A DNA stretch of 38,421 nt from Candidatus Nomurabacteria bacterium (GCA_943354975.1 CALRDS010000002.1:1-38421), one strand, 5' to 3'; numbered from the stretch's first letter, positions 28,212 to 36,836 are shown. Numbers and translations are program-made. Notes: generated by a model from the sequence alone, not told the origin.

Positions 28212-28892
28212 CTATGCTGATGGTTCGATTTGTAGAGCTGATTTCATAGCCTCTAGAACAAATCTAACAGAAGACACTGAACCATCATTTCCAACGATTG
28301 GGTAATCTATACCTTCTATTGTACAGTCGGTATTGGAAAGTGCAACCACAGGTATGTGAAGACGTTTAGCCTCCTTTAGACACATATCTTCATGACGAGA
28401 ATCAATCATAACGATTGCATGTGGAAGATTTGTAAGTGATGAGATACCACCAAAGTCACGGTCCAGTCTATCAATATCGCGCTGAATAAGAAGCTGTTCT
28501 TTCTTTGTATAAACAGAAAGTTCGCCGGATTCTTTCTTCTTCAAGAGGTCATGAAGTTTATCGATTCTCTTTTTTATTTGTGGGAAGTTCGTAAGAGTTC
28601 CTCCTATAAATCTTTCTGTTACGTACGGTGCGTTTACAGAAAGTGCAACTTCTTTTACAAGCTGGCGAATCTCTGGCTTTACTCCAACAAAAAGAATAAC
28701 TCTACCTGCATTTTTCATTCCTGACAGGAAATCGATAGCAGACTCTAACTGTTCCTTTGTTTTTTCGAGGTTGATAAAGTCAACACTGTTATAATTACCT
28801 TCTATGAAAGGTTTTACTGATGGGTGGCGGCGTGTACGAGAATATCCGTACTGAAGACCTGCTTGTGATAGAGATTCTTTATTTATTAACAT
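28212..28892 (-). CDS. rpsB: 30S ribosomal protein S2
   Basis: GLQYGYSRTRRHPSVKPFI, ILFVGVKP, RFIGGTLTNF, and P.AIVMIDSRHEDMCLKEAKRLHIPVVAL. Confidence 0.93.
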   Translation of the reverse strand: MLINKESLSQAGLQYGYSRTRRHPSVKPFIEGNYNSVDFINLEKTKEQLESAIDFLSGMKNAGRVILFVGVKPEIRQLVKEVALSVNAPYVTERFIGGTLTNFPQIKKRIDKLHDLLKKKESGELSVYTKKEQLLIQRDIDRLDRDFGGISSLTNLPHAIVMIDSRHEDMCLKEAKRLHIPVVALSNTDCTIEGIDYPIVGNDGSVSSVRFVLEAMKSALQIEPSA

Positions 28893-28897
28893 AATAA

Positions 28898-28929
28898 GTT
28901 ATTGGTTATTAGTTATTGGTTATTAGTTA
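28898..28929. repeat. tandem 7/14-nt repeat forming the G-free rpsB leader
   Basis: GTTATTG GTTATTA GTTATTG GTTATTA GTTA begins 6 nt from the rpsB ATG. The coding strand is TAAC TAATAAC CAATAAC TAATAAC CAATAAC ttatt ATG. Confidence 0.8.
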
Positions 28930-29173
28930 ATAAAAGAGTTGGGTTTAACCAACAACAAATAACTAAGAACGCATAACTGGGTTTATAAAACATTTTCCTC
29001 GGACCACAATCTTATATCTCCAAAGTATCTGTTTGATACGCGTCTGTAATGCTCGATATATGATGCTCAGGTGTCCAAATCCTGATTTGCCCGATTGGAT
29101 GTAACAAGTGATATTCTAGCACAGAATCGGTGCTTTGTGAAGATTCTAATTTAAATACAAATTCTTTTCCTTT

Positions 29174-29272
29174 TTAATAATTCCTTAAAATCAAACACTG
29201 TATTTTCTTTCTAGAAAATCAGTTCCCTCTCGCGTCGTCACGCTCCGAGAGTTGATTTTAAGAAATTATTTA
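29174..29272. repeat. 99-nt inverted-repeat element with a three-way-junction fold
   Basis: The outer arms 29174-29194 and 29252-29272 pair at 19 of 21 positions. Inner hairpins are ATTTTCT-ttct-AGAAAAT (29202-29219, extendable) and CTCTCG-13nt-CGAGAG (29227-29251). Confidence 0.4.
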
Positions 29273-29284
29273 GGTTCATTAAAA

Positions 29285-29321
29285 TATAAATAAAAAAGAT
29301 GCGGACTTTTATCCGCACCCC
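29285..29321 (-). terminator. intrinsic terminator of the 146-aa gene
   Basis: Coding strand GGTGCGGA-taaaag-TCCGCATC followed by TTTTTTATTTATATTTT. Confidence 0.65.
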
Positions 29322-29344
29322 ACTTTGATAAACCGGTCGATTGA

Positions 29345-29785
29345 CTAGACTGACGAAGCGTCCAGAATAGGTTGAATCTTTGCCTGAAATTCTGGAAACT
29401 TGGCAAGCATCCCTTCAAACAAGACATCCAAGCTCTGACGAACAAGTTTGATGTTCTCGCGAGTCAGTTGCGTGTGGTATGGCGTGCCCAAACGATTTGG
29501 CAAACTGCTATAAACACTCTCGCCAATCTCTGAATCGGTCTGCCACCCACCCTTCTCTGGTTGAGGCCACTTGCAGCAGAGCGCTCCCTGCTTCCCCTCA
29601 ATTGTACTGATCGACCAGATTAATAAATCTCGTTGGCCCTTAAAAATAATAGAGTTGGGCACGCCTGGATCAGGTTGTGGGATCTTGACCAGTCCGAGTA
29701 AGGCAGGGACTAGCATTTCGATCTCAGCCCGCCATTTGTTGTGATTGTCCGAGCCGCTAATGAATCTGTCACTGAGTGAAGTCAT
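29345..29785 (-). CDS. hypothetical protein (146 aa), GC-elevated orphan
   Basis: ATG with AGGAA-attgaa SD-like spacing, plus its own consensus promoter and terminator. 50% GC in line 29581-29640. No motif recognised. Confidence 0.6.
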   Translation of the reverse strand: MTSLSDRFISGSDNHNKWRAEIEMLVPALLGLVKIPQPDPGVPNSIIFKGQRDLLIWSISTIEGKQGALCCKWPQPEKGGWQTDSEIGESVYSSLPNRLGTPYHTQLTRENIKLVRQSLDVLFEGMLAKFPEFQAKIQPILDASSV

Positions 29786-29858
29786 TTCAATTTCCTATTT
29801 CTAGAGATCCCTTTCGGGAGGTTGATAGACATTTCTGCCTAGGGTTCTACCCGAACAA

Positions 29859-29887
29859 ATAATATACTAAATAATGACTTATGTCAA
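29859..29887 (-). promoter_or_regulatory. consensus-like promoter of the 146-aa gene
   Basis: Coding strand TTGACA (29882-29887), 17 nt, TATTAT (29859-29864), lying just after the prfA stop. Confidence 0.55.
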
Positions 29888-29891
29888 GTAC

Positions 29892-30860
29892 TTACTCCTC
29901 TTCCCCTTCTGCGAAATCGCCTTCAAATGATTGGAGGGCTTGGAATATTGGGTCGAGACTGCCAGCCATGATTTTTGGTAGTCCGTGGAATGATTGCTTG
30001 ATACGATGGTCTGTCACGCGGTCTTGTGGGAAATTGTAAGTGCGAATCTTTTCACTTCTGTCCCCCGTTCCAACTTGAGAACGTTTTTCTCCGCGAAAAT
30101 CTCTACCTTCTCTTTCTTCTTCTAGCTGGTCCAACTTAGCTTGAAGCATTTGAAGTGCGCGTTCTTTATTTTTCAACTGACTGCGTTCTATCGTACAACG
30201 AATAGCAATACCTGTCGGTTTATGAATCACACGCACGGCGGTTTCTACTTTGTTTACATTTTGTCCACCTGCGCCACCTGAACGTGATGTTTCAAATTCT
30301 ATATCGCTTGGACTTATCGTTACTGTTTTTTGTTCACGTAAAGGCATAACAGATACTGTGATAGTAGATGTATGCACTCGTCCATTTTTTTCTGTATCTG
30401 GAATACGTTGTACGCGATGAACTCCACTTTCATATCTAAATGTATCCCACGCATCACGACCTTTTATTTCAAAAGATGCTGATTTGTATCCGCCAACGTC
30501 ACTTACTGATTCATCAACCTTTTCAAAACCAATATGGTTGGCTTCACAATATAATTTATAAGCAGAAGCAAGTTCGGCTGCAAAAAGTGTGGACTCGTCC
30601 CCTCCAGCGCCTGCTTGTATTTCTAAAATTAAACTTTTTGGTTTCTCATCTTCTTCTTTTGCTTTCGTAGATATCTCTTCCATTTGCTTCCACAGATTTT
30701 CCATTTGTGGTTTAAGAACAAGAAGTTCTTCTTCTGCAAGAGATTTCATCGAATCATCTGCGAGGAGAGCTTCGGCTTCAACGGCGGACGCCGAAAGACG
30801 CTCGTATTCTTGTGCGAGATATACAGTGCGAGGATTTGATTTAAAATCGGATAAGTCCAT
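29892..30860 (-). CDS. prfA: peptide chain release factor 1
   Basis: GGQ motif [17 protein letters not shown]. The codon-recognition loop [14 protein letters not shown] is the PxT type (RF1), not the SPF type of RF2. Confidence 0.9.
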   Translation of the reverse strand: MDLSDFKSNPRTVYLAQEYERLSASAVEAEALLADDSMKSLAEEELLVLKPQMENLWKQMEEISTKAKEEDEKPKSLILEIQAGAGGDESTLFAAELASAYKLYCEANHIGFEKVDESVSDVGGYKSASFEIKGRDAWDTFRYESGVHRVQRIPDTEKNGRVHTSTITVSVMPLREQKTVTISPSDIEFETSRSGGAGGQNVNKVETAVRVIHKPTGIAIRCTIERSQLKNKERALQMLQAKLDQLEEEREGRDFRGEKRSQVGTGDRSEKIRTYNFPQDRVTDHRIKQSFHGLPKIMAGSLDPIFQALQSFEGDFAEGEEE

Positions 30861-30897
30861 AAAGTTTATAAAGTTCGTAAAGTAGAAAGTGAATTCA
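30861..30897 (-). promoter_or_regulatory. prfA leader: four ACTTT repeats abutting the ATG
   Basis: Plus-strand AAAGT at 30861, 30870, 30879 and 30886, then GAATTC. Paralogous to 12455-12494. Confidence 0.4.
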
Positions 30898-30943
30898 GTA
30901 TATACGCAATTTAAAAAGTCAGAAACAAGATGAAATACGCGAA

Positions 30944-31004
30944 GAGCGCATTATTTTGGAGGAAAATGTACATTTAGTACATTAACCGACAAAATAATGC
31001 GCTC
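30944..31004 (-). terminator. nested long hairpin after rpmE
   Basis: A perfect 15-bp outer stem GAGCGCATTATTTTG / CAAAATAATGCGCTC, a 6/6-nt internal loop, and the apical hairpin AATGTAC-attta-GTACATT. On the coding strand it is followed by TTCGCGTATTTCATCTTGTTTC. Confidence 0.5.
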
Positions 31005-31023
31005 AACAAAGTAGTTCGCTTGG

Positions 31024-31233
31024 TTATGACTTTTTAGCTGCCATTCGCTTTTTGAACTTGTCCACTCGGCCAGTTGTATCCAGCACCTTATCCTGACCTG
31101 TATAGAAAGGATGGCAGGCAGAACAGATTTCAACTGAGATGTTTTCTGTAGTTGAACCCACTACATAAGTAGCACCACATGCACATGTGGCGGTTACTTC
31201 CGGATAATATGTTGGGTGAATATCTGCTTTCAT
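31024..31233 (-). CDS. rpmE: 50S ribosomal protein L31 (Zn-ribbon type)
   Basis: [10 protein letters not shown]...CACG...[13 protein letters not shown]...GRVDKFKKR. Confidence 0.93.
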   Translation of the reverse strand: MKADIHPTYYPEVTATCACGATYVVGSTTENISVEICSACHPFYTGQDKVLDTTGRVDKFKKRMAAKKS

Positions 31234-31242
31234 AGTTTTAGA

Positions 31243-31271
31243 ATACTAACACATTTACAGGTCTTTTGCAA
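31243..31271 (-). promoter_or_regulatory. rpmE promoter, leaderless geometry
   Basis: Coding strand TTGCAA (31266-31271), 17 nt, TAGTAT (31243-31248), 9 nt, ATG. Confidence 0.55.
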
Positions 31272-31278
31272 CACCCAT

Positions 31279-32622
31279 TTACCTCTGTAATTTATCAATA
31301 TCTTGCTGGGTTGCGTAGAGTTTACTCATCACAGAATTACCATATCCAGCACCTGCGCGTGACGCAGAACATGACCTACCAGAATAGTATTTACATGCGG
31401 CGTTTCTCTCTGCTACTTCATTTCCGGCAACTGCCCCCAAATCCATCAGATAAAGTGAAGTCGCGGTTATTGCATGGAACGCATTCCAAGGATCTGCCAT
31501 AGACGCACCTGTAATATTTTCAATACGACCTTCAAATAATACCCAAGTGGATGGGATGAACTGCGAAGGGCCCATCGCTCCTCCCCATCCACTAGGCTGT
31601 CCACCACTGTAAGCTGCAATCCAACATGATATTGGAGTTTTCTGTGGATCACGACCAACTTTTGCCATAAGAGAAGTAAATACTGGAACATCTCGTGATG
31701 GATGCATCGTTCGAGGCTTGCCCAAGCCTGTCTTTATGCTTACACCCGAGCCTGTCGCATAATCACGCAAATAGCACGCACCAACATTCGTACCAAGAGA
31801 TGATTCCTGCATAAGGATAGCCAAAATAAGGGCTGGACGTACACCTGTGGTTTTACTAGCTGACAATGCGTACTCATAAGCTTGTCCAAAAGAAATTGCC
31901 CCTGCATCACGCAGATCGAACAAGCGAGCTTTTATTTGTGCTGCCTCTACTTGTCGTGCAGCGCGAACTTTTTGATATTCGGCTTCTTGATTTTTTGTAA
32001 TAGTTAAAAGACTGTTTTTTTCTTTTTGATTTGACTCCACTCTTTTCTTTTCAGCTTCTTGGGCAATCTTTTTCTGTGTCTCTTCATCTTTTGCATCTTC
32101 TAGTTCGGCTTTTACTCCTTCTAATTCAGTCTTTGTGTTCCGAATTTCTGTAAAACTTTCACCGAGCGCTCTATTTAAAGTAGCAAATGAATCCACGTCA
32201 GAAAAAAATGTCGACAAGCTACGTGTCTGAAAACCAAAATCTAGAAACGAATACTGTTCCATGTACCTGGCTTTGCGCAGTATTTGTGCGAGAGAGTCTT
32301 TTTCTCTTTCCTTTTTTGCATCAAGTACACTTATCCTTTGATTCTTATCAGAAATATTTTGGCTTAATTTTTTTATGTTTTTATCAAAAGCTTGAATCTT
32401 TAGTTTGTTCGCAGAAATTTCCTGAGTAAGACGAGTTATATCATTTTTAAGAGATGCGCCCTGATTTTTCGTCTGGGTGATATTGTCAGTTAAAGCTTTT
32501 ATCTGATCTTCTAGATTCGCCAAATCACGTTCCAAATCTGCACGAGATTGAGCAAAGACTCCTACGGTAGAAAGACCAAAGAATACCATGGCAACAATAA
32601 AAATAGCGAGATGTCTTCTCAT
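31279..32622 (-). CDS. secreted coiled-coil protein with a C-terminal lytic transglycosylase (SLT_2/MltB-like) domain
   Basis: Signal peptide, about 220 aa of heptad-rich coiled coil, then ILMQESSLG (catalytic Glu context) and GAMGPSQFIPSTW. Confidence 0.8.
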   Translation of the reverse strand: MRRHLAIFIVAMVFFGLSTVGVFAQSRADLERDLANLEDQIKALTDNITQTKNQGASLKNDITRLTQEISANKLKIQAFDKNIKKLSQNISDKNQRISVLDAKKEREKDSLAQILRKARYMEQYSFLDFGFQTRSLSTFFSDVDSFATLNRALGESFTEIRNTKTELEGVKAELEDAKDEETQKKIAQEAEKKRVESNQKEKNSLLTITKNQEAEYQKVRAARQVEAAQIKARLFDLRDAGAISFGQAYEYALSASKTTGVRPALILAILMQESSLGTNVGACYLRDYATGSGVSIKTGLGKPRTMHPSRDVPVFTSLMAKVGRDPQKTPISCWIAAYSGGQPSGWGGAMGPSQFIPSTWVLFEGRIENITGASMADPWNAFHAITATSLYLMDLGAVAGNEVAERNAACKYYSGRSCSASRAGAGYGNSVMSKLYATQQDIDKLQR

Positions 32623-32638
32623 CTACTTAGTATAACAG

Positions 32639-32685
32639 GTAGAAACTATAGGCCGTGACACTTAGTCACGGCCTATAGTTTCTAC
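32639..32685. repeat. perfect 21-bp inverted repeat (hairpin, 5-nt loop)
   Basis: GTAGAAACTATAGGCCGTGAC-actta-GTCACGGCCTATAGTTTCTAC lies between the rplY stop and the SLT-gene ATG (16 nt upstream of the latter). The T tract is on the plus-strand side only. Confidence 0.75.
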
Positions 32686-32705
32686 TATTTTCGTTTAAAC
32701 TTGTA

Positions 32706-33347
32706 TTATTCAGCAGATTTTTCTTCTGTAGCTTCACCCGCCTCTTCTTTCTTACCCTTAGCTTCAACTTCAATAGCACTCAAGTCAGTTGCTACAGGAA
32801 CTTCTTCAGTTTCTTCTACTACCTCTGTAACTGATGCAACAATATCATCACCACTTATGTGATAAAGTTCTACTCCTGCAGGTAAAGCAATGTCTCTTAC
32901 ATGAATAACACTATCTTTTGAAACAAGAGCTGAAATATCAACATTAAACTCATGAGGAAGAGACTGTGGCTCACCTTCGATTGAAAGTTCATGGAGAACT
33001 TTGACAAGAATAAATCCTTCTTTCACAGCTTGAGATTCACCAACGAATTCTATAGGAGTTTTTACATGCACTTTCTGACCCTTTTCAATTACATAAAAGT
33101 CTGCGTGAATAGGATTACTCTTTACTGGGTCAATTTGAACATGCTGAATCATGGCGTTTTCATTTCCATGTTCTGTAACAAGTACAATAGAACTAGATTC
33201 ACCAGCACTGGCTAGAATCTTCTTAAATTCAATAGTATTTATAAAAATAGGAGTAGACGGAGTTTTTGAGCCATAAAAAACAGCAGGCATAAAACCCTCT
33301 CTAACAGTCTCTTTTGGTGCGCGAGGCATAGTAGTCATCTGTAACAT
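32706..33347 (-). CDS. rplY: 50S ribosomal protein L25 / general stress protein Ctc
   Basis: PRAPKETVREGFMPAVFYG...HVQIDPVKSNPIHADF, with an acidic C-terminal tail. Confidence 0.9.
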   Translation of the reverse strand: MLQMTTMPRAPKETVREGFMPAVFYGSKTPSTPIFINTIEFKKILASAGESSSIVLVTEHGNENAMIQHVQIDPVKSNPIHADFYVIEKGQKVHVKTPIEFVGESQAVKEGFILVKVLHELSIEGEPQSLPHEFNVDISALVSKDSVIHVRDIALPAGVELYHISGDDIVASVTEVVEETEEVPVATDLSAIEVEAKGKKEEAGEATEEKSAE

Positions 33348-33356
33348 AGTCGTGCA

Positions 33357-33385
33357 ATTATACCTTATTTCTCCCCCTAAATCAA
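33357..33385 (-). promoter_or_regulatory. rplY promoter, leaderless geometry
   Basis: Coding strand TTGATT (33380-33385), 17 nt, TATAAT (33357-33362), 9 nt, ATG. It overlaps the 3' end of the GT4 gene. Confidence 0.55.
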
Positions 33386-34471
33386 GCCATAGACTTTTGT
33401 AGTTTCTACTATCATTTTGGTGTGTGAAAAGTTCTGAACTACATGACTATGAAGCTGAGACCCCACTTTTTTAGCAAAATGTCTGTCTGTTATAAAGCGC
33501 TCAATCGCATCAGATAATTGGTCAATATTTTTTGGTTGAACGAGGAGACCAGTTTCCTCATGGCGTACAATTTCTGGAATTCCCCCAGTTGTAGTGGTCA
33601 CAACGGGAAGCATGGCCCGTCCTGCTTCGAGTAATACATAAGGCAATCCCTCTTTTACCGAGGGAAGTAAAAATATATCGTAATCTTGCAGTCTCTCAGT
33701 AGTCGTAAGAGTACGACCAAATAGTGTAACAATGTCATCCAGATTATTCATATGAATAAATTCTTCTAGTTTTCTTCTATCTTCACCTTCTCCTTCAATA
33801 AAATATTTTATGGGTATTCCTTTCTTTACCAAAGTATTTATAGCTTTCAATCCATAAATATGTCCTTTGTTCCTGGTTAAATCACCTATTGTAACAATGT
33901 GTGTTTCTCTGGTTTTCTCACGAGTTCTAACGAGTGGACCATTAAAAGGAATTCCGTTATATACAGTTGTTATCTTTTTCCTAATAAAAAACATACGTCC
34001 TAGATCGTGGCCATCGCGATTACTAACTGCAATTATCCTATGTGCGAGTAGACATGTTACCCATGTGAAAAAATAAATAATCGCACGAATAAAAAAAAGA
34101 CGATCTTCACGAAATGGGGCACCGTGAACAGTGACAATTATATTTTTTACTCCAAGTAATCTTCCGCAAACAACACCAAGACCTGCAGCCTTGGAACTAT
34201 TTAAGTGTAAGATGTCAGGCTTTTTTCTTCTGATAAAAAAAAGGATGTCGAAAAACGATTTTATTTCTGCAAATATTTTAATATCGCGCTGTAAAGAAGG
34301 AAATACATGTGTATATATTCCTTTTTCTTTTAATTTTTCGATAAGCTCTCCATTTCCACCGGAAGCTACACATATATCATGACCTTTTGCATTGAAAGCG
34401 ACGGCTAAATCATAAACATATTTCTGGGCACCTCCCCAGTTGGACTTTGTAATCAAGTATAGTATTTTCAT
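33377..34471 (-). CDS. family-4 glycosyltransferase (GT-B, Glycos_transf_1)
   Basis: KSNWGGAQKYV N-terminus and the C-terminal motif PSVKEGLPYVLLEAGRAMLPVVTTTTGGIPEIV. Confidence 0.85.
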   Translation of the reverse strand: MKILYLITKSNWGGAQKYVYDLAVAFNAKGHDICVASGGNGELIEKLKEKGIYTHVFPSLQRDIKIFAEIKSFFDILFFIRRKKPDILHLNSSKAAGLGVVCGRLLGVKNIIVTVHGAPFREDRLFFIRAIIYFFTWVTCLLAHRIIAVSNRDGHDLGRMFFIRKKITTVYNGIPFNGPLVRTREKTRETHIVTIGDLTRNKGHIYGLKAINTLVKKGIPIKYFIEGEGEDRRKLEEFIHMNNLDDIVTLFGRTLTTTERLQDYDIFLLPSVKEGLPYVLLEAGRAMLPVVTTTTGGIPEIVRHEETGLLVQPKNIDQLSDAIERFITDRHFAKKVGSQLHSHVVQNFSHTKMIVETTKVYGLI

Positions 34472-34496
34472 TATTTAAGTAGTATGATATCACTAT

Positions 34497-35825
34497 ATGA
34501 TTCTACGTCATACACCTGGACGACTACTGCTTTTCGTGGTGGACTGTTGTCTACTAGCAGGGTCGCTTTATCTGGCACTTTATATACGTACTGGGGATGC
34601 TCTTACACTAGCGTCTTTCCTTTCTTTCATACCACCTTTTGTGGTGGTTATGGCTGTTTCTGTGGCGATATTTTATAGTTATGGGCTTTATGACAAACCG
34701 ACACTACGTCTAATACGAGAACTAAGTAAACGAATAGTTACTAGCCAATTACTCTCAGCACTGAGCGCCATAATATTCTTTTATACTCTACCAACACTTG
34801 GAATCGCACCAAAAACTATACTTCTTCTTTACGTAGTGATTTCATCCCTTCTCATGACCGTGTGGAGGAACTACGCTTTCTCTATAGTACTAAACTACAA
34901 GAAACAAAAAAGTATAATAATAGGAAGTGGAAATACTTTCAGACTTTTGGTGGATGAATTATCACGAAATCCACATACGGGAATAACTTTGATATCTGTT
35001 ATTGACGTAGACAACTACGACCTATCAAAATTGGCTGACGTACTAAAAACGACTAAACCAAACTCTGTGATAATAGATATGCGCGATGAAAGAATAAAAC
35101 CATACTTCGGGCATCTTTACACTGAACTATTCGAAGGCTCCGCAGTGCTAGATATAGTGGACGTTTATGAAGATATCTTCGATATGGTGCCATTAGATAT
35201 AATCAATCAAGAATGGATATTCCATAATATCGGAGCATCTAGAAGATATGACGGAATAAAGAGATTGCTTGATTTAGTAATTTCTATTCCTTCATACATT
35301 TTCGTTCTTATATTTGTGTACCCTTTTGTTTACTTGGCTATAAAGGCAGAAGATGGTGGGCCGATACTTTATAAAAGTAAAAGAATAGGAAGATACGGAA
35401 AGACTTTTCTTTTACATAAATTAAGATCTATGGAAGATAAGCCAACAAATGAATTAAATGAAACTAAGAAAATTACAAAAGTAGGTGCGTTTCTACGCAA
35501 AACCAGAATAGACGAATTCCCACAATTTTGGAATGTTATAAAAGGAGATGTTTCTCTAATTGGCCCGAGAACTGAAGCACCAAACCTAGTTGAAGAATAT
35601 AAAAGAACTATTCCGTTTTATAATATTCGTCACGTCGTAAGACCTGGACTTTCTGGTTGGGCTCAAGTTCAACAACATGAACCACCAAAGTTCGGCATAG
35701 ACACTAAGCGTACATCAACAAAACTAGCTTATGATATGTATTATTTAGAGCACAGTAATTTCTTGCTTGACTGTGCAATCATTCTAAAAACTTTTAAGGT
35801 GTTACTAAGTAAGAGCGGAATATAG
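34497..35825 (+). CDS. polyprenyl-phosphate sugar phosphotransferase (WbaP/EpsB-like 'bacterial sugar transferase')
   Basis: N-terminal TM bundle, a central Rossmann-like region, and the C-terminal catalytic domain KRLLDLVIS...PILYKSKRIGRYGKTFLLHKLRSM...DEFPQFWNVIKGDVSLIGPR. Confidence 0.88.
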   Translation: MILRHTPGRLLLFVVDCCLLAGSLYLALYIRTGDALTLASFLSFIPPFVVVMAVSVAIFYSYGLYDKPTLRLIRELSKRIVTSQLLSALSAIIFFYTLPTLGIAPKTILLLYVVISSLLMTVWRNYAFSIVLNYKKQKSIIIGSGNTFRLLVDELSRNPHTGITLISVIDVDNYDLSKLADVLKTTKPNSVIIDMRDERIKPYFGHLYTELFEGSAVLDIVDVYEDIFDMVPLDIINQEWIFHNIGASRRYDGIKRLLDLVISIPSYIFVLIFVYPFVYLAIKAEDGGPILYKSKRIGRYGKTFLLHKLRSMEDKPTNELNETKKITKVGAFLRKTRIDEFPQFWNVIKGDVSLIGPRTEAPNLVEEYKRTIPFYNIRHVVRPGLSGWAQVQQHEPPKFGIDTKRTSTKLAYDMYYLEHSNFLLDCAIILKTFKVLLSKSGI

Positions 35826-35826
35826 T

Positions 35827-36717
35827 ATGCCACGAGCTCTTGTTATCGGTGGCGCTGGATTTATCGGCTCATATGTGGTCAAGGAATTACAATCTAATGG
35901 ATACGATGTTCGTGTATTTGATAATCTCTCTACTGGATCACTAACGCGATTGCCTGCAGGAATATCATTTATTCAAGGAGATATAAGAACCTACGATGAG
36001 CTAAAAAGCGTTGTAGAATCAGGCGATATTGTCTTTCATTTAGCTGCATTTACAAGTGTGCCAAAATCTTTTGAAGAACCTCTTCTTTCTGGTGAAATAA
36101 ATGTTCATGGAACATACAATGTATTCGAAGCTGTGAGAGAGAAAGGAGCGGTTGGTGTCGTATTTTCTTCATCAGCCGCAGTGTATGGGAATCAAGAAGG
36201 TACCGTCAACGAAAATACTACCCCCTCCCCCGAAAGCCCTTACGCATTTCAGAAACATATTGGAGAACAAATAGCGTCATTATATTCAAAATCTTTTAAC
36301 GTTCCGTCATGTTGTCTTAGATATTTTAATGTTTATGGAAAAGGAAATAACGAAGAAGGAGCGTACGCGCCGGTGACCGCGCGATTTATAAAAGCCAAAA
36401 GAGAAGGAGCGTCCCTTCCTATAGTCGGAGATGGAAAACAAACAAGAGATTTTATACACGTAGAAGATGTAGCGCGTGCAAACAGATTAGCTTGCGAAAA
36501 ACTAGTTAGTTCAAAAGATAGTAAAATTTATAATATTTCATCTGGTAAACCTTTTGTAATAAATGACATCGCGAACATGGTTGGAGGAGAAAAAACTTAT
36601 ATCGAAGCTAGAAAAGAAATAAAGAATTCTTGTGGAGATAGTTCAAAAGCAAAATCTGAACTAAACTGGGAACCAAAAATAAAACTTGAGGAAGGAATTA
36701 AAAATCTTTTACCATAA
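35827..36717 (+). CDS. NAD-dependent sugar epimerase/dehydratase (GalE/WbpP-like SDR)
   Basis: GGAGFIGS Rossmann motif and the catalytic S...YAFQK (YxxxK). Starts 1 nt after the upstream stop. Confidence 0.88.
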   Translation: MPRALVIGGAGFIGSYVVKELQSNGYDVRVFDNLSTGSLTRLPAGISFIQGDIRTYDELKSVVESGDIVFHLAAFTSVPKSFEEPLLSGEINVHGTYNVFEAVREKGAVGVVFSSSAAVYGNQEGTVNENTTPSPESPYAFQKHIGEQIASLYSKSFNVPSCCLRYFNVYGKGNNEEGAYAPVTARFIKAKREGASLPIVGDGKQTRDFIHVEDVARANRLACEKLVSSKDSKIYNISSGKPFVINDIANMVGGEKTYIEARKEIKNSCGDSSKAKSELNWEPKIKLEEGIKNLLP

Positions 36718-36758
36718 TCCCCGGTCTTGAAGAAATCGCTTTAGATACGCTAAGCTTA

Positions 36759-36810
36759 GGAATTTTTCGAAAGAGACGTACACTTTAGTACGTTGATAGA
36801 GAAAAATTCC
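36759..36810. terminator. nested hairpin between convergent genes
   Basis: Outer 10-bp stem GGAATTTTTC / GAAAAATTCC, a 7/7-nt internal loop, and the apical hairpin ACGTAC-acttta-GTACGT. Confidence 0.5.
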
Positions 36811-36836
36811 GTAGCGACAAAGTAGATGAAGATGAT

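Noticed and set aside
28898-28929. Tandem repeat near rpsB as a possible CRISPR or minisatellite
   Set aside because: The units are 7/14 nt and contiguous without spacers, so this is not a CRISPR. It is reported instead as a leader repeat.
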